Source: Felis catus (Eukaryota). Taken from it: DNA of 64,000 nt. Below, piece after piece: positions 11,975-24,347 of this stretch. The position numbers were made by a program, and so were the translations under genes. The notes below the pieces were generated by a model. The model did not search any database. It saw nothing but the letters and a program-made list of their open reading frames with translations, and was not told the DNA's origin. How positions within the stretch are numbered: position 1 is the stretch's first letter; each line of letters starts with the position of its first letter. The DNA is taken from positions 22,818,001-22,882,000 of the forward strand of contig NC_058369.1 of assembly GCF_018350175.1 (NCBI RefSeq), in the 5' to 3' direction.

Positions 11975-13606
11975 GATTTGCAGCAAAGATGGAAGAGCCT
12001 CGTTACACCCAGGTCCTCCCTCTTACAAATAAAAGACTCTAGAAATCACATAAAAAACGAACATAGGAAGACTTTGAAGGGTAGAAAGAAGAAGACAGAT
12101 GGCTTAAGGACCTTCACACATGAGGAACCACATGGTTGTAGGTCCCCTGGGTTTCCTTATTTCTTGTCATACGTCATGTACAGAGCACTCCAGAATCTTC
12201 CCGCCTGGACCTCCAACAAGCACAGACTGTAAGGAAAGTCACTTTCCCTTAGACGGAGGACCAATAAAAGGACGGCCTAATAGCAGAAAGCCACTTTGGC
12301 AATATTCACCCTACACCAGCCAAATACCAATGGCAAAAATCATCCTTCACCTCCCTATAGTTTTAACAGGGCCAAAGAGAGCGGATCTCCCACATACCTG
12401 CCTCTCCCCACCGCCCCTCCTCCCCGTCCCGTGCTCCCCGCCAGCAGCATCACGCAGCAGTGCTTGAAGTGCTTCAGCCCCCCTACCCAGTGGTGTCAGC
12501 AGACCTGAGCAAGGAGCTAATCGCCCATTCCCTGCCTAACCGAAGGAGGCAGTGTAGGCTTGTCTCAATGGTCAGAATTGAGCAGGGACCTGGTCTCCCA
12601 TCTCCTGCTTGGCGCAGTTCAGAGTGAGCTGAGCCTCCACCCCTGCCTGGCATCAACAAGACTAAGTGAGGCAATACAAATTGAGGGTTGTTTGCATTCT
12701 CCTTTCTGCCACCCCAGGGTGGCACTAGCCTCCCCCCTCCACGCCCACACAACAGCAACGAGGCTGAATGAGATGGTGTGAAGCAGAGCTACTTGGCACT
12801 CTGGTTCGGCCCACCTCCGTCGGTGCTGGTTGGGTCCCCTCTGACTTCAGTGAGACCGGCCAAGATGGCGTGAGGTGGGGCTGTCAGTTCCCCAGTGCCT
12901 CCAGTCTCAGTGTGAGTGGGTCCCAGTGGGGAGCTGAGTGTCCATGTCTGTTCTGCAGCAAAAGAGCGGTGTTCCACTCCTCTCTCCAATCCTTCCCTCC
13001 TCCAGTGGCGGTAGAGTCCAACAGGGAGTCAGGCTGACGTGCCTACTCAGAGGCAACGGCATGACGTGACCTGAGTCCCACTTTCACCAGAAAGATGTCA
13101 GCAGGGCTGAGAGGACAGCTGAACTGCCACCCTACTTGAAGGCAATAAAATCATATGGCTCGGTGTGTCACTTTTGCTGAGGTAGTGTGGATGGGGTCCA
13201 ATGGGAAGCCAACATGCACCCACTCAGTCCCCTGCTATACCTCAGTAGGGGACGGCTGCTAAAAGGGAAGATTTAAGAAGAGCCAGAGTCTCATAATATA
13301 AAATCCAGAACGTCCAGTACATAGTGGAAATCACGCATTATACCAAGAACAATGAAAAATTACAACTTGATTGAGAAAAGACAGTTAACATCAATCAAGA
13401 ATGAATTGAATGTTGGAATGATCTAACAAGGGTTTTAAAGAAGCCATCATAAAAATACTAAAAAAGCGATTACAAATTCTCTTAAAACAAATGAAAATTA
13501 GAAAATCCCACCCAACAAATAGAAGTTATAAGAACCAAATGAAAATCGTAGAACTGAAAAATAGTCTGTCTCCCTCTCTCTTTCTCTCTGTCACACGCGT
13601 GCGCGT

Positions 13607-13645
<39 letters not shown>

Positions 13646-14605
13646 TGCTAGATAGGCTCAATAGTTGAGTAGAAATGACAGAGGATAGAGTCAGGGAGCT
13701 TGAGAACAGATCAGTAGAACTCATCCAGGAATTTACCCAGTTTGAAAAGCAGAAAGAAATAGATTGGGGAAAAGAGAAAGAATAGAGCCTGGGGGATGGG
13801 GGGTGTCTGGGAACAACAACAGAAGAACATAATATAATACAGAATATTGTGAATATAGTAGCATCTGTATTAGCAGAGACAGTGAAGGAGAGGGGAGAGT
13901 GACACTGAAAAAGTATTCAGAGAAATAATGGCTGAAAACTTCTTAAGTTTGGTAAAAGACATAACCTATAGATCCAATGAGCTAAAGTTGAGTAAACTCC
14001 AGATAGGATAAACAAAAAGAAATTCACATGAAGACTCATCAAAATTAAATTTCTAAACACTAAAGTCAAAGAAAAAAATGAATTCATTACTTATAGGGGA
14101 AATTACCTGTTTGACTTACTGTGGTCTCTCCGGAAGCCAAGGAGGCCAGAAATGGTATGATATATTTTTTTTATACCGAGACAAAGAGACTATCAAGTTT
14201 AGCAAGAATATCTTTCAGGAATGAGGCAAAGTAGAGGAATTCTTAGAGTAGGGAATACTGAAAGATTTTGTTGTCATCAGGTCTACCTGAAAAGATTGGC
14301 TGAAGGAAATTCTCTAAATGAAAGGGCTTGAATTCAGAAAGGAAAGAACAGAACATTGGGATGGGTAAAAACAGGTGTGAATGTAATAGACTATCCTTTC
14401 TTAAATCGTGTTTTATGGTTGAAGTGAAAGTTATAAACCCTAATGTGCTGCTTAGTCTATATGGAAGTACATAGAAGACAATTAAATGGAAAAGGTGGGG
14501 AGGGTAGAGGGCCCTCAAGTTTTCCACATGTCACCAGAAGCTTCTCTACCAGTAGACTCTCATAAGTCATGTGTCCATATTGTAATACCTGCAACGACCG
14601 CTATT
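11975..14605 (+). mobile_element. Old L1 5' portion (5' UTR, decayed ORF1, inter-ORF), L1M-type, sense to the host gene
   Basis: Starts cagcaaagatggaagag. ORF1 remnants gaaataatggctgaaaacttc, aaagacataacctatagatcc and gataaacaaaaagaaattcac. No intact reading frame. Confidence 0.8.
13592..13644. repeat. Alternating purine-pyrimidine tract: (CG/TG) run followed by a (CA)n microsatellite
   Basis: cacacgcgtgcgcgtgcgc(ac)n, read directly. Confidence 0.95.
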
Positions 14606-14639
14606 CCAAATTGGTCATTCTCCTTCCTGAGGTTTTTCA

Positions 14640-14985
14640 AAACATGATTACACACCTGTGTATGTACCTTACAAAATGCACAGTGTTGGCTTAGGAGCAT
14701 TTTACAGAATTGGTTCCATAGTCTACATGGTATTCTGCAATTTGCTTTTTTATTTTTTATTCAGTATACTTTTTACAATGATTCCTCGTAACTACTGTGC
14801 TAGCTATGAATGCACCACTTTATTTTTCTGTTCTTTTATTGAGAGATGATTTTCAAGACATTTTTTCAGGTTAGCCATTACAGGCAATGCATAATGGACA
14901 TGCTTGTTGAAGCTCTTTGCTGTGTGTGTGTTTGTTTTTGAATTTTTCTAATTGAAATAAACCCCCTTGGGTATTTTCTCATGTA
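14640..14985 (-). mobile_element. Old L1 (L1ME-like) 3' UTR fragment
   Basis: gtattctgcaatttgcttttt, cattacaggcaatgcataatggacatgcttg. Confidence 0.6.
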
Positions 14986-17329
14986 TTGTTTCCTTGGCTC
15001 ACTCTGGCCCATATGCTGAGTTAGATTCTTGCAGATCCCATTGCTTTCCTGGAAATGCAAGCCCTAAGGAAATCAGACAATGTATGCCTGCATCACAGTA
15101 GGCCTTGAGCCTAGGGGTTCAGACATTGCTTGTTGCTCCTCCCAAATCACAAGGATGTTCAAGAAATCTTTTCATTATGTCCACAGACCCCGGATTGCTC
15201 ATAGATCCATTTCCTTGAGGATTCCTAGGGGAACTAGGAAACTTGTTCTCTTCTTGATTCCTTAAGGTATGGAGGGACATGACCCCTTGTACCTCTCTGG
15301 TCAGCCAAGATGGCTAAACTAGTCAGTAAGCCAAGTAAATGGCAGCCAGAGAGGCCAGTGCTGCACTCAGGTGGCAAGGGAAACAGACACTCTGTGGCTA
15401 AGAGTGTTTTCAGGTTGGTACTCTAGCACTCACTGGCCGGAAGTGGACAGACAGTACGGATGGCCCACAGATCATTGGTGGAGTGGGGACAGGATACATT
15501 GGTGTCAATTGTACACAGTGTTTACATCAGTTGCAGAGTGTGTATGTCAGTTTTGTAGTGGTTGTGTTCAGGAAAATATTAGAGACAAAAAGAATTATAA
15601 TAAATTAGTGATGATTGAATGACTAAAGATTTTCTGAGGACAAGAAGGGCTTTGTTAACTCCATGAGAAGGGGATAGGAAGCTGGATGGAGCCACTGCTT
15701 TGTTATCATGATGCCCTTTGCATGAGGAAAAATCTGTTGGTTTCTAAGTGATTTTTTCTTTTTCAATTTCTTGTGGGTTACTTCTTAAATATGACTGTAA
15801 AATAATTCGAAAGCTGACATGTAGAGAATTTTAGTTCCTAATTTATGTTTCATGATATGCCTTAGGATGGGTGATGTACCTTTATCAGCTCCCACATAAG
15901 GGCATGAAGACTTTTACAAATAATTTTAAGTTCTGAAAATTCTCCTAAGAAAACATTGCCTTGGGAAGTGAGGATGACCTCTTATTCCAGATTTTCAGAG
16001 CAACTCTCTGGGGGGAGGGAAAACTCTTTGAGAAATCTGTGTGTAATTAATGCATATTTCTTTGTTTAAAGGAAAAACTGAATTGGATTATTATTAAAAG
16101 CATTTAAGATGACCTGTCTTCTGTAGTAAGGGCATGTAGATGGCTAAATTATGATAAAGGGGATATTGTATTTGTCAGCTATTATTAGTCAAATTTGCAT
16201 AAAAGTAATCATTATAGTGAGACATTAAATGCATTAATTATCTATTAAAGGGGTAATTTAACAGTCATTAAGGGAGGCACTAGTAGATTGGTGATCATTT
16301 TTGCAAATGATGTACTTGATCTAAGCTTTATATAACACCAAAAAGATTAATCTGCCATTTTTACTTTGGTCAAATATACAGTTTGTTTCTGTTTTCTGGT
16401 AGCTTCTTTCAAGAATTGAATATTGGAATTAATGAGGAAACAAATTTTGTGCCTGTGCCGTAACTTTGTACAAGATTCATGGGAATACCAGTACCAAATT
16501 TTTGACCAGGTATGGGTTGGTGACATTGATTGGCTCCATATTTCCACCTTCCATGGGTGAGAAACCTTGCCATCGTCTCAAGATCAACAGCTACAAAAGT
16601 AGGTTCATCACTCTCCCCAGTGCCTCCATCACGTTGGTCTAATGGCAGTTGGAGGTGCCCACTTCCCATCTTCTGGACACCACAGCTAGCAGCCTGGAGT
16701 CACCTTTGTCCAGCCCTTCTCATGTCTTATTTTGAAATGTCTTTGTCTCCATTGGGGTTACTGTGCTTGCAAATGAAATAAACCCACTCACGCTAACCTC
16801 CACAGATGAGATTAATTTTTAAAAAACATCAGGATAGAGAGTCAGCTTTTGAAACCTTGGGCAGCAGAATAACAAGGTCTCCTGAGGGCCTGGGGCAGGA
16901 CAAGGGAAGTTCTTAGAAACCAAGGTACTCTCTTTCCCACCCACTAGCATCTGCCACTCTCCTTTCAGCCTCTTTCAGCACCGGTTTCTTGGCTTTGCCA
17001 GGAGCATGGACCCCAGCCCTGAACTTACGTGCCTTTCTGAGGCCAGTGCTGGCAGCGAAGGTTTGAGTACCAACCCCACATTCCCAGTAGGGAGAAACTG
17101 TGGCTCTGTTGTCAGCATGCTGTGGTTCAGTAAGCCCCGGTTCAGTAAGCTGTGGCCAGAGGACAGGTTCTGTCACAAAACACGCCTCAAGGGAGGTAGT
17201 TGCAGAGAAGGCTGGTGGCTGGCAAACCACCCAAGGTAAGTCTGCGCTTGACCCCTGAGATGTACACTTTCCTTGCCACAGGAGACCAAATTCTCACCCT
17301 CTTGCATTAGGAAGGGTGGAGCTAGCCCT

Positions 17330-18060
17330 CACTGTTTTCCTCCCCTCCCATCTGTCCCTCCTCTCTCCCCTCCTCACAGCTGCGTGATATGCTTTTCCAA
17401 GGTAACAATGATGTCACACCACTGTCACACTTGGGTCTTTCTGATACTGTGATACTCACAAGTCCAGACCTCCTCTTGCATTCAGATGGCTCTCTGACCT
17501 TGTGTGGCCAGGTTCATCTTCACTGCCCTGTAGATCATTCCAGCACCTAGCAGGCTTGTGACCCACTGTCCTCTTACTCACACTGCAGACCCATGTTCCT
17601 GCTTTGCTTCTTCTCTGGGGTGTTCCCCAACCTGTCTTCTCTCCATTTCCGGAGATCCAGCTCAGCCCAGGCAGACTTGGGTTTAAGCATCTGGAGTTTG
17701 TGTGTGTGGAGGGGTCATACTAACTTGAGGGATTGGTATGCAAAGCAGCCAGCATTGAGCCTTTGTCCCTGGGGGCTGACGGTGGTGTTAGGAGTGATGC
17801 CAGCAGTGGTAGGTGTTTCTCTGTCAGGTCCAGGTCAAACCCCACTCTGAGCATGCTTCTCTTTCCTACCTTACCATGGTTTAGCAAGTGACTGTTCTGT
17901 AGTACATGCTTGTGTTCCTGAACACTCTTGCTGGATTATAAAGTCTTTAAGGTAGTTCTGTGCCTTCTCTTTGTTTTAAATCATTGCACTCAGCACTCAG
18001 GAAATGCTTTCTTCTTCATTGTTAGACAAATGTGATGTAGTTCAACTCAATAAATGTTTT
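17330..18060 (+). mobile_element. L2 fragments
   Basis: gattataaagtctttaagg...cagcactcaggaaatgcttt and ctcaataaatgttt resemble the L2 3' region. Confidence 0.5.
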
Positions 18061-18319
18061 TAAGTGCCTTTTAATGTACCAGATATCATTCACTGAAAAA
18101 AAAAATTATCCTTGACCCAACAAGGGCTTATGGGGTGAGTAAATTACGAAGGATGGTATATTTGATTGGCATGGTAATGGCACAAAAACTTTTACTTTCA
18201 AGTCTCTAATTATGCATTGTTTTATATTGACTCTTGAACAAAGAAAACCACAAAGAACTATTCCCTTTGCTTGAATTTGCTTGAATTATCGATACAGACT
18301 TAAGTAATGAACCCATCGT

Positions 18320-18790
18320 GGTAGACTCTACAGGATGTCTCACAGAGCCTGTTTCAGCCCCCTTCTCCCTTGCCTTCTCTGTGACCTCTCAGCCTGTTGT
18401 ACAACTACGGATGTCCAGTGACCTGGCTCTGACTGATGGGGTATTGACAAGTGCTCCTGTAGCAGGGGTCTCCCGTCATTTAACAACATAAAGGTTTGTA
18501 AAGAGAAGGCGTTTCCTCTTTCCTCTCCCTGCTACCTGGAACACATGTGCTATCTATGCCTGGAGGTGCAGCAGCCATTCTACTACCATGAAGATGAAAG
18601 CCATCGGCTAAGGATGGCAGGCTAGGAAGATGGCAGAAGCTGGTACCTCGATGCTATTCTTGAACTGCACCTGCCCTTAGCTGCCCACTCTGGACATTGT
18701 TACTCATGAAAAGAAAGCAAAGCTCGTGCTTATTCAAGCTGTTGTTGGGTGGCTTTTCCATTCCTTGTGGTTAAATATACTGTCAACGAA
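18320..18790 (+). mobile_element. MLT1J-like MaLR solo LTR
   Basis: gcctggaggtgcagcagccatt...ccatgaagatgaaagcc...ctaaggatggcag. Confidence 0.7.
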
Positions 18791-20289
18791 TTAAAATCCA
18801 CACAGCTTCATCAAATCTTTAGCTGAAGAGTTAGAAGAACCATTTTGCTTGGTTGATCTAGCTCAATTCAGTTGCTGTTTAATCATCATGTATTCATCCA
18901 TTAATCCAATCATCTGCATGTCCATTCAATATATATGAACAGAACAAGGGGCTACTTACTGTATGTGCAGCATTGGGCCAGGTTCTCTGAGAAACAGGGT
19001 TCACATCTTACTTGTGGCCAGCCACAGATGAAGGAAGGTCAGAGACCTAGTGGAGAAAGACCTTGGGCTTTGGATGCATTGTGGAACTAGCTGCTTGGGA
19101 ACGTGAACATGATCTACATCTCCCTGAGCCTGCCTTCCTGTAGAAATGGCCATCCGTAGCTGCTTATAGAGAAGGGCCGTGTGCAACATTTAATGATATA
19201 ATGTATGTCCTGGCACACCACACAGGTACTGAATGAAAGTCTGTGGGGAAGAAGGCAAAGGGGAGCTGTCGATGAAGAAAAGCACCGTGAATCAACTTAC
19301 TTTATTGGTGAAAGAGACTACGTGCAGGCAGAGGTTTTAGGGACAGCTTTATATGCCAGAACCAGCCTCCAGGGAATTCAGGCTAGACCAGGAATTCTTC
19401 CATACCACCAGCTGTCTGCCTTTTCCTGGGTTGTTTAGTTTTGTTGTCTAAGTATATGCGTGTCTGTGTGTGGTGGGGAGGCGGGCAGGCGGGCAGTCAT
19501 GATAATGAGGCACAGTTCATGTTAGGCAGTGTCTTAGGTTGTGGTAAATTTGTTGCAAAACTCATGACTGGCAGGCTCCGGTTTCTGTATACTGGATCAC
19601 CATATAAGGTATCCCCGTCTGTGATTGTTAATTCTTTAAGGCTTCTTTGCTAGGAGGAATTAGGAAGATGGGCGGGGGGGAAGGACCTCTTGCACTGGGA
19701 TGCTCTCCTGCCCTCACCTGACAGGTCTGCTCAGTGTTTACTGGGAAGAGAGAGACAGAGCTTCCACGGACCCCCTGGCACAGGGCTCTGTTCTCCATCT
19801 GCGGCCGGCCGGCAGGGGTTTGGCCTCCTTTCCTCACAGGGTTGGTCGTGTCGTGTTCAGCCTTCGTGTTTGTCTCTTGCCGTGTCTTGTTTTTAATCCA
19901 GGCAGATAGAAGAGATTGGGAAGGAAAACAACTTTCACGGTTTCTTCTTTTGATCTGCATCATGGGTCACAGATCAAAGTGGCCACAAAGTCATCTTTGC
20001 TTTATAGAGTTCTCAAACATGCTGCTGTTTTATTTTGTTGGGGAGAGCAGACTGAGGATTTCGGTTTTATGTACTCTAGTTCTCTTTGCTTCCGGACTTC
20101 ACTGTGCTGTTCAATGTTGATGGTGGATGCAAAACCACCAGGTGATGCCCCGTTTCTTCCACCAAAGCAAGGAAAGAGTGGAGACCTGTCCACGTGTGGC
20201 GTAACAGACAGTGAGTGTGACGCCCTGTTTCCCCCTTATCATCTGTTTCCGTCTTCTTTTGGATGCTTCCTTAGTGAATGCCCTTGGTT

Positions 20290-20602
20290 GAAGATAGTAA
20301 CCAGCTTCCCAGCTTTCCCTTAGCCAGAGGGAAGCTAGACCCAGACCTGGCCTGTCAGACTGTTTCAGGACTTCAGTTTGAACAGAATGTCCCCCTCTTT
20401 CTCTGTCATTTTCCTGACTATAAGGTGAATACTTCTTGCCACTTGGAAATCCATGGAGGCCCTCATGCCTTCTTTCTCAAGTTTGATTCTCCAGTCTTCC
20501 TGTTGATTCTGTGACCCGTATGCTTTCAAAACATTCTCTCTTGGTTTGAATTGCTACAGTGAGTATCTTTTGCTTGCAACTAAAGAACGCTGCCTGATGC
20601 AG
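20290..20602 (+). mobile_element. LTR33/LTR16-like ERVL LTR relic
   Basis: cttcccagctttcccttagc...cccagacctggcc, ending tgcttgcaactaaagaac. Confidence 0.5.
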
Positions 20603-20634
20603 TGGGCCTTTTCATAAACTAGCCTATTCCTTTT

Positions 20635-20653
20635 TTTCTTGTTAATGTTTATT

Positions 20654-20690
<37 letters not shown>

Positions 20691-20848
20691 AAGCGGTGTG
20701 GGGGGGGGGCAGAGAAAGGGAGACAGAGGATCTGGAACAGGCTCTGTGCTCACAGCACAGAGCCTGATGGGGCTCAGATCCATGAACTGTGAGATCATGA
20801 CGGGCGCTGAAGTCAGACGTATAACTGACTGAGCCACCCAGGTGCCCC
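20635..20848 (-). mobile_element. CAN-SINE
   Basis: Reverse-complement head ends gagccacccaggtgcccc. TSD tagcctattcctttt at 20620-20634 and 20849-20863. Confidence 0.96.
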
Positions 20849-21865
20849 TAGCCTATTCCTTTTCTTGCACATTCCCACTTCCTATTGTCCACAGACGACT
20901 GCCTCCTGAGATGGTAAACAAATCAAGGGGACCAAGTAACATGAGTTGGAGCCCCATAATGCTGAACCTCTCCTCCCCAGGGGGCGCTTAGAGCTGCCAG
21001 CAGCATGTAGCTGTCACTTTGGTTGGCTTTAAGTTAGTGGTTGGCCTGAATTTTGAGACCCTCAGAGCTATATGTTTCTGAATAACATGGCTGTAGGGGC
21101 TAACGATTCCTTACTCAGAACTTGGCTCATTGCTCAGGACTGCTTTTAGGGTTTTGTCTCTTATTAAAAATAGCAATCCTGTTTGCTATTACTTTAAAGA
21201 TAGATATCCTCTTTTTTGGAGAAGAGTCTACCTCTCCAACTGCAGCTAAGATCCTACATCCTCCATGATATCCTCCTCTCTTCACTCCTACCCCTGTCCC
21301 TGCGCAGCGGGCCTCCGCCTGCCGTAAATAAGTCAGAACTTCATGTGCCATAGGATACAAACCCCAGAATCCACCTGAGCCAGACAGGTGTTGGATGGTA
21401 AACAGTGGTGATTCTCAGCCTCACATGAGGAATATGATGGCAGGGGAAGGGGCTGGGACTAGCACAACCCGTGTCCTCTCTGAGGGGAGGGTCACCACTG
21501 GTCAGCTCCTACCACTGCTGCCGTGTGCAAAGGTAGGTCCACTGTTGTCAGAGCTGGAAATCCATAGTTTGAAGTGAACCACCTCACTGAAAAAAGTGTT
21601 GGCAATGAATTGAAATTTGAAACACTGTGCAGACCTTACTACTTTGGCCCAACAGAACAGACCTGCAGACTGATCCTAGCCTCTGGTCTCTAGAACTCTT
21701 GACCTGCATACTATTAGGTAACAAGGCCTGAACTATATTAATTCATAGAAAAAAAAAGCAACTTCCTAAGCAAAACACAGAAGAATATGTATAGGCTGTA
21801 TGTATATGCATTTGTATATTTATATAGATATGTGTGTATGGAATGTATAGATAAAGGGACAGATA

Positions 21866-21867
<2 letters not shown>

Positions 21868-21908
<41 letters not shown>
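21868..21908. repeat. (TA)n microsatellite, about 20 units
   Basis: Read directly. Confidence 0.97.
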
Positions 21909-21912
<4 letters not shown>

Positions 21913-22879
21913 TACATGTATATAAATACACATGCACACACACGTTTGTATATGAATGGGGAGAAAATAGAGAATGTACATCAGTGATTATTATTGTCAG
22001 TAACGATCATCTCTTGGAGGAAAGGGGTGGTGGTGAGCGTTGGGATGCTTACAGCTTCTGGGTCTCATTTCTGTTATGTGTAAGCTTTTAGTTTCAAACC
22101 TGTCTTACTTTGGTAGTCAGAAAAGCCAAAAAGGATGCATCTGGCATGGTAGGAGGGGATGGGAGCCTGATGGTGCTGTATTTGTGTGGTGACTGCAGCC
22201 ACTCCCTTGTTCCAAAGGCTGAGTGTTCCCAGGGCCTCTGCCTGCTTGTCCAGAGCTGGCTGAGAGCAGGAGCTGCCTCATTTTTGTTGACCTGCAGTGC
22301 CCATCATAGAAGCTGTCCCAGCATGTGGGTGACCACTGGTGTTCTCTGAGCGGACTGAGTGAGTGGATGCAGTGGAGTCATAGAAACAGCTCTAGTAATG
22401 AAGAAGGTCGAGGGCAAGTTTGGGCTGCCAGCATTCACTGTATAGTTGCCTCAATGCTAGGTTTCATCCACCTGTGTTCATAGAAGAGGAGACATTTTCA
22501 CGTCTTGCTCCACATGTCTTTGCCAGTCTGTAGTTTTACAAGATGCTTTGAGTTTGACACCCTCTGTGTCTCCTGATTGACCTGATGTCTTCCTCTCGTA
22601 CCTGCACACGATCAGAATCAATGCCCTTACCTGTTCAGGTTCTCCGTTCCCAAACTTTGGCGAATTTGGTCAAGAATTGTCATGGAGGAAAATCTGTGCA
22701 GCATAGAGAGAAGAAAGACTCCCTGCACAGAAGGGAACAAGGAAGTCTCCAGAGAGACCTGAATCAGGGGAGGCCCCACAGGTGGTAAGGAGGAGGGAAG
22801 AGGCCAGAGGCCAGGTGTTTAGGCCTACAAGTCAGGCCTCTTCCACACTGCACTGTTGTTTTTCTTTAAACACGTTTAA

Positions 22880-23093
22880 GGGTGCCTGGGTGGCTCAGTG
22901 GGTTAGGCATCTGACTTTGGCTCAGGTCATGATCTCACTGTTTGTGAGTTCGAGCCCCACATCGGGCTGTATGCTGACAGCTCAGAGCCTGGAGCCTGCT
23001 TAGGATTCTGTGTCTCCCTCTCTCTCTCTGCCCCTCCCCTACTCATGCTCTGTTTTTTTCTGTCTCAAAAATAAATAAACATTAAAAAAAGAT
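22880..23093 (+). mobile_element. CAN-SINE
   Basis: gggtgcctgggtggctcag head, CT tract and aataaa tail; TSD degraded. Confidence 0.95.
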
Positions 23094-24347
23094 TAAAAAC
23101 GTTCAGAAAAGGACAATAAGCAATATAACAAATATCCAGATTACCACCCAGAATTAATGGGTATTTTCCCTCTGTTCGTTGTTCTTTTGTTTCCTTTCCT
23201 TGAGGAGTATGGCGCCTTCTTGATCCAATCCCATTTGTGGTATAGTCAAAACGACTGGATTCCTAAATGGTGATATTTAAGGAGGCATCAGACGGTGGGT
23301 CTAAGCCATCCTGGAATCCAGGCTGAGGATGACGTTCTCATCCCTCCCGCAGTGCTGGGCCGCCTGCCATGAGTGGTCTGGTGTGACTGCCCGTGCCAGC
23401 CCCGCACAGTATTCTCCGCACCTCTGACTCCCCCGGAACGGAATGTGTCTGAACCGTGTGCTCCAGAGATGAGGCTGTTTCTACATTCCAGATTCTTTAA
23501 GGTGGGATCTGGGACAAGGACACCTCGGGAGGAGCATTTTTTTAAGCTGAGCACTGACATCTCAGTTAGTTACACAATAGGCGCTTTTTCCAGCCAACAG
23601 GACCATCCTTGTTTGCAAATGTTGTGAACCAGGCGTTCCAAGCTCATTTTTCCTTTGATCCGCATTACACAACTTTTCTGAATGCTCATCTGTTCCAATT
23701 CAAAATAGATTAAAACCGCCACATGAATGGCAGCTGCAGGTTTTTGTTTTTCTTAAAAGTCCTCTATCTGAGGGGGGAAAAATCTGAGAGATTGTATTAT
23801 GCCGGGTGAGAGTATTAATGCTGAATTCCTTGCCAAGATGATGAGCATGGGGAAAGTATGGAAGGAAAATAAAAGGGGAATCCTGGAAAAGCAACTTGTC
23901 TGAGGAGAACATTGGGGGCTTCAAAGGCTGTTTCAGGAGGGGTACTGAGACTGGTTCAAATCTCAGAACCTCAAGTGGCTGTCAGAGGAAGTTTCCAGAA
24001 AGTGAACTATTTCCGGTGTTTTGTTTTCATGTCTGTCAAATGTAGAATACACAAGGCTGGTAAACCAGACCACAGAAGTGAAGACTCTATATCTCATGTG
24101 ATGTGGTGGGGCCTCTGTGGCCTGGGAGCCATACAGTGCTTTTGTTTGTTTAGAGTCTTCTTGGCCTTGAATGATGACAGGAGGGCACCCATCTGTTGCT
24201 TCTGCTGACACTCAGGCAAGACATCGCTTGATTCTTACTAAGTCACAGTTATATATCAGAGCAAATATGGGCCTGAGAGTCCAGTTTCCCTATTCTCTTG
24301 ACAATGATGCTTTGGCAGTGGTGGAAGAAAGCCATGAGGATTAGTCT

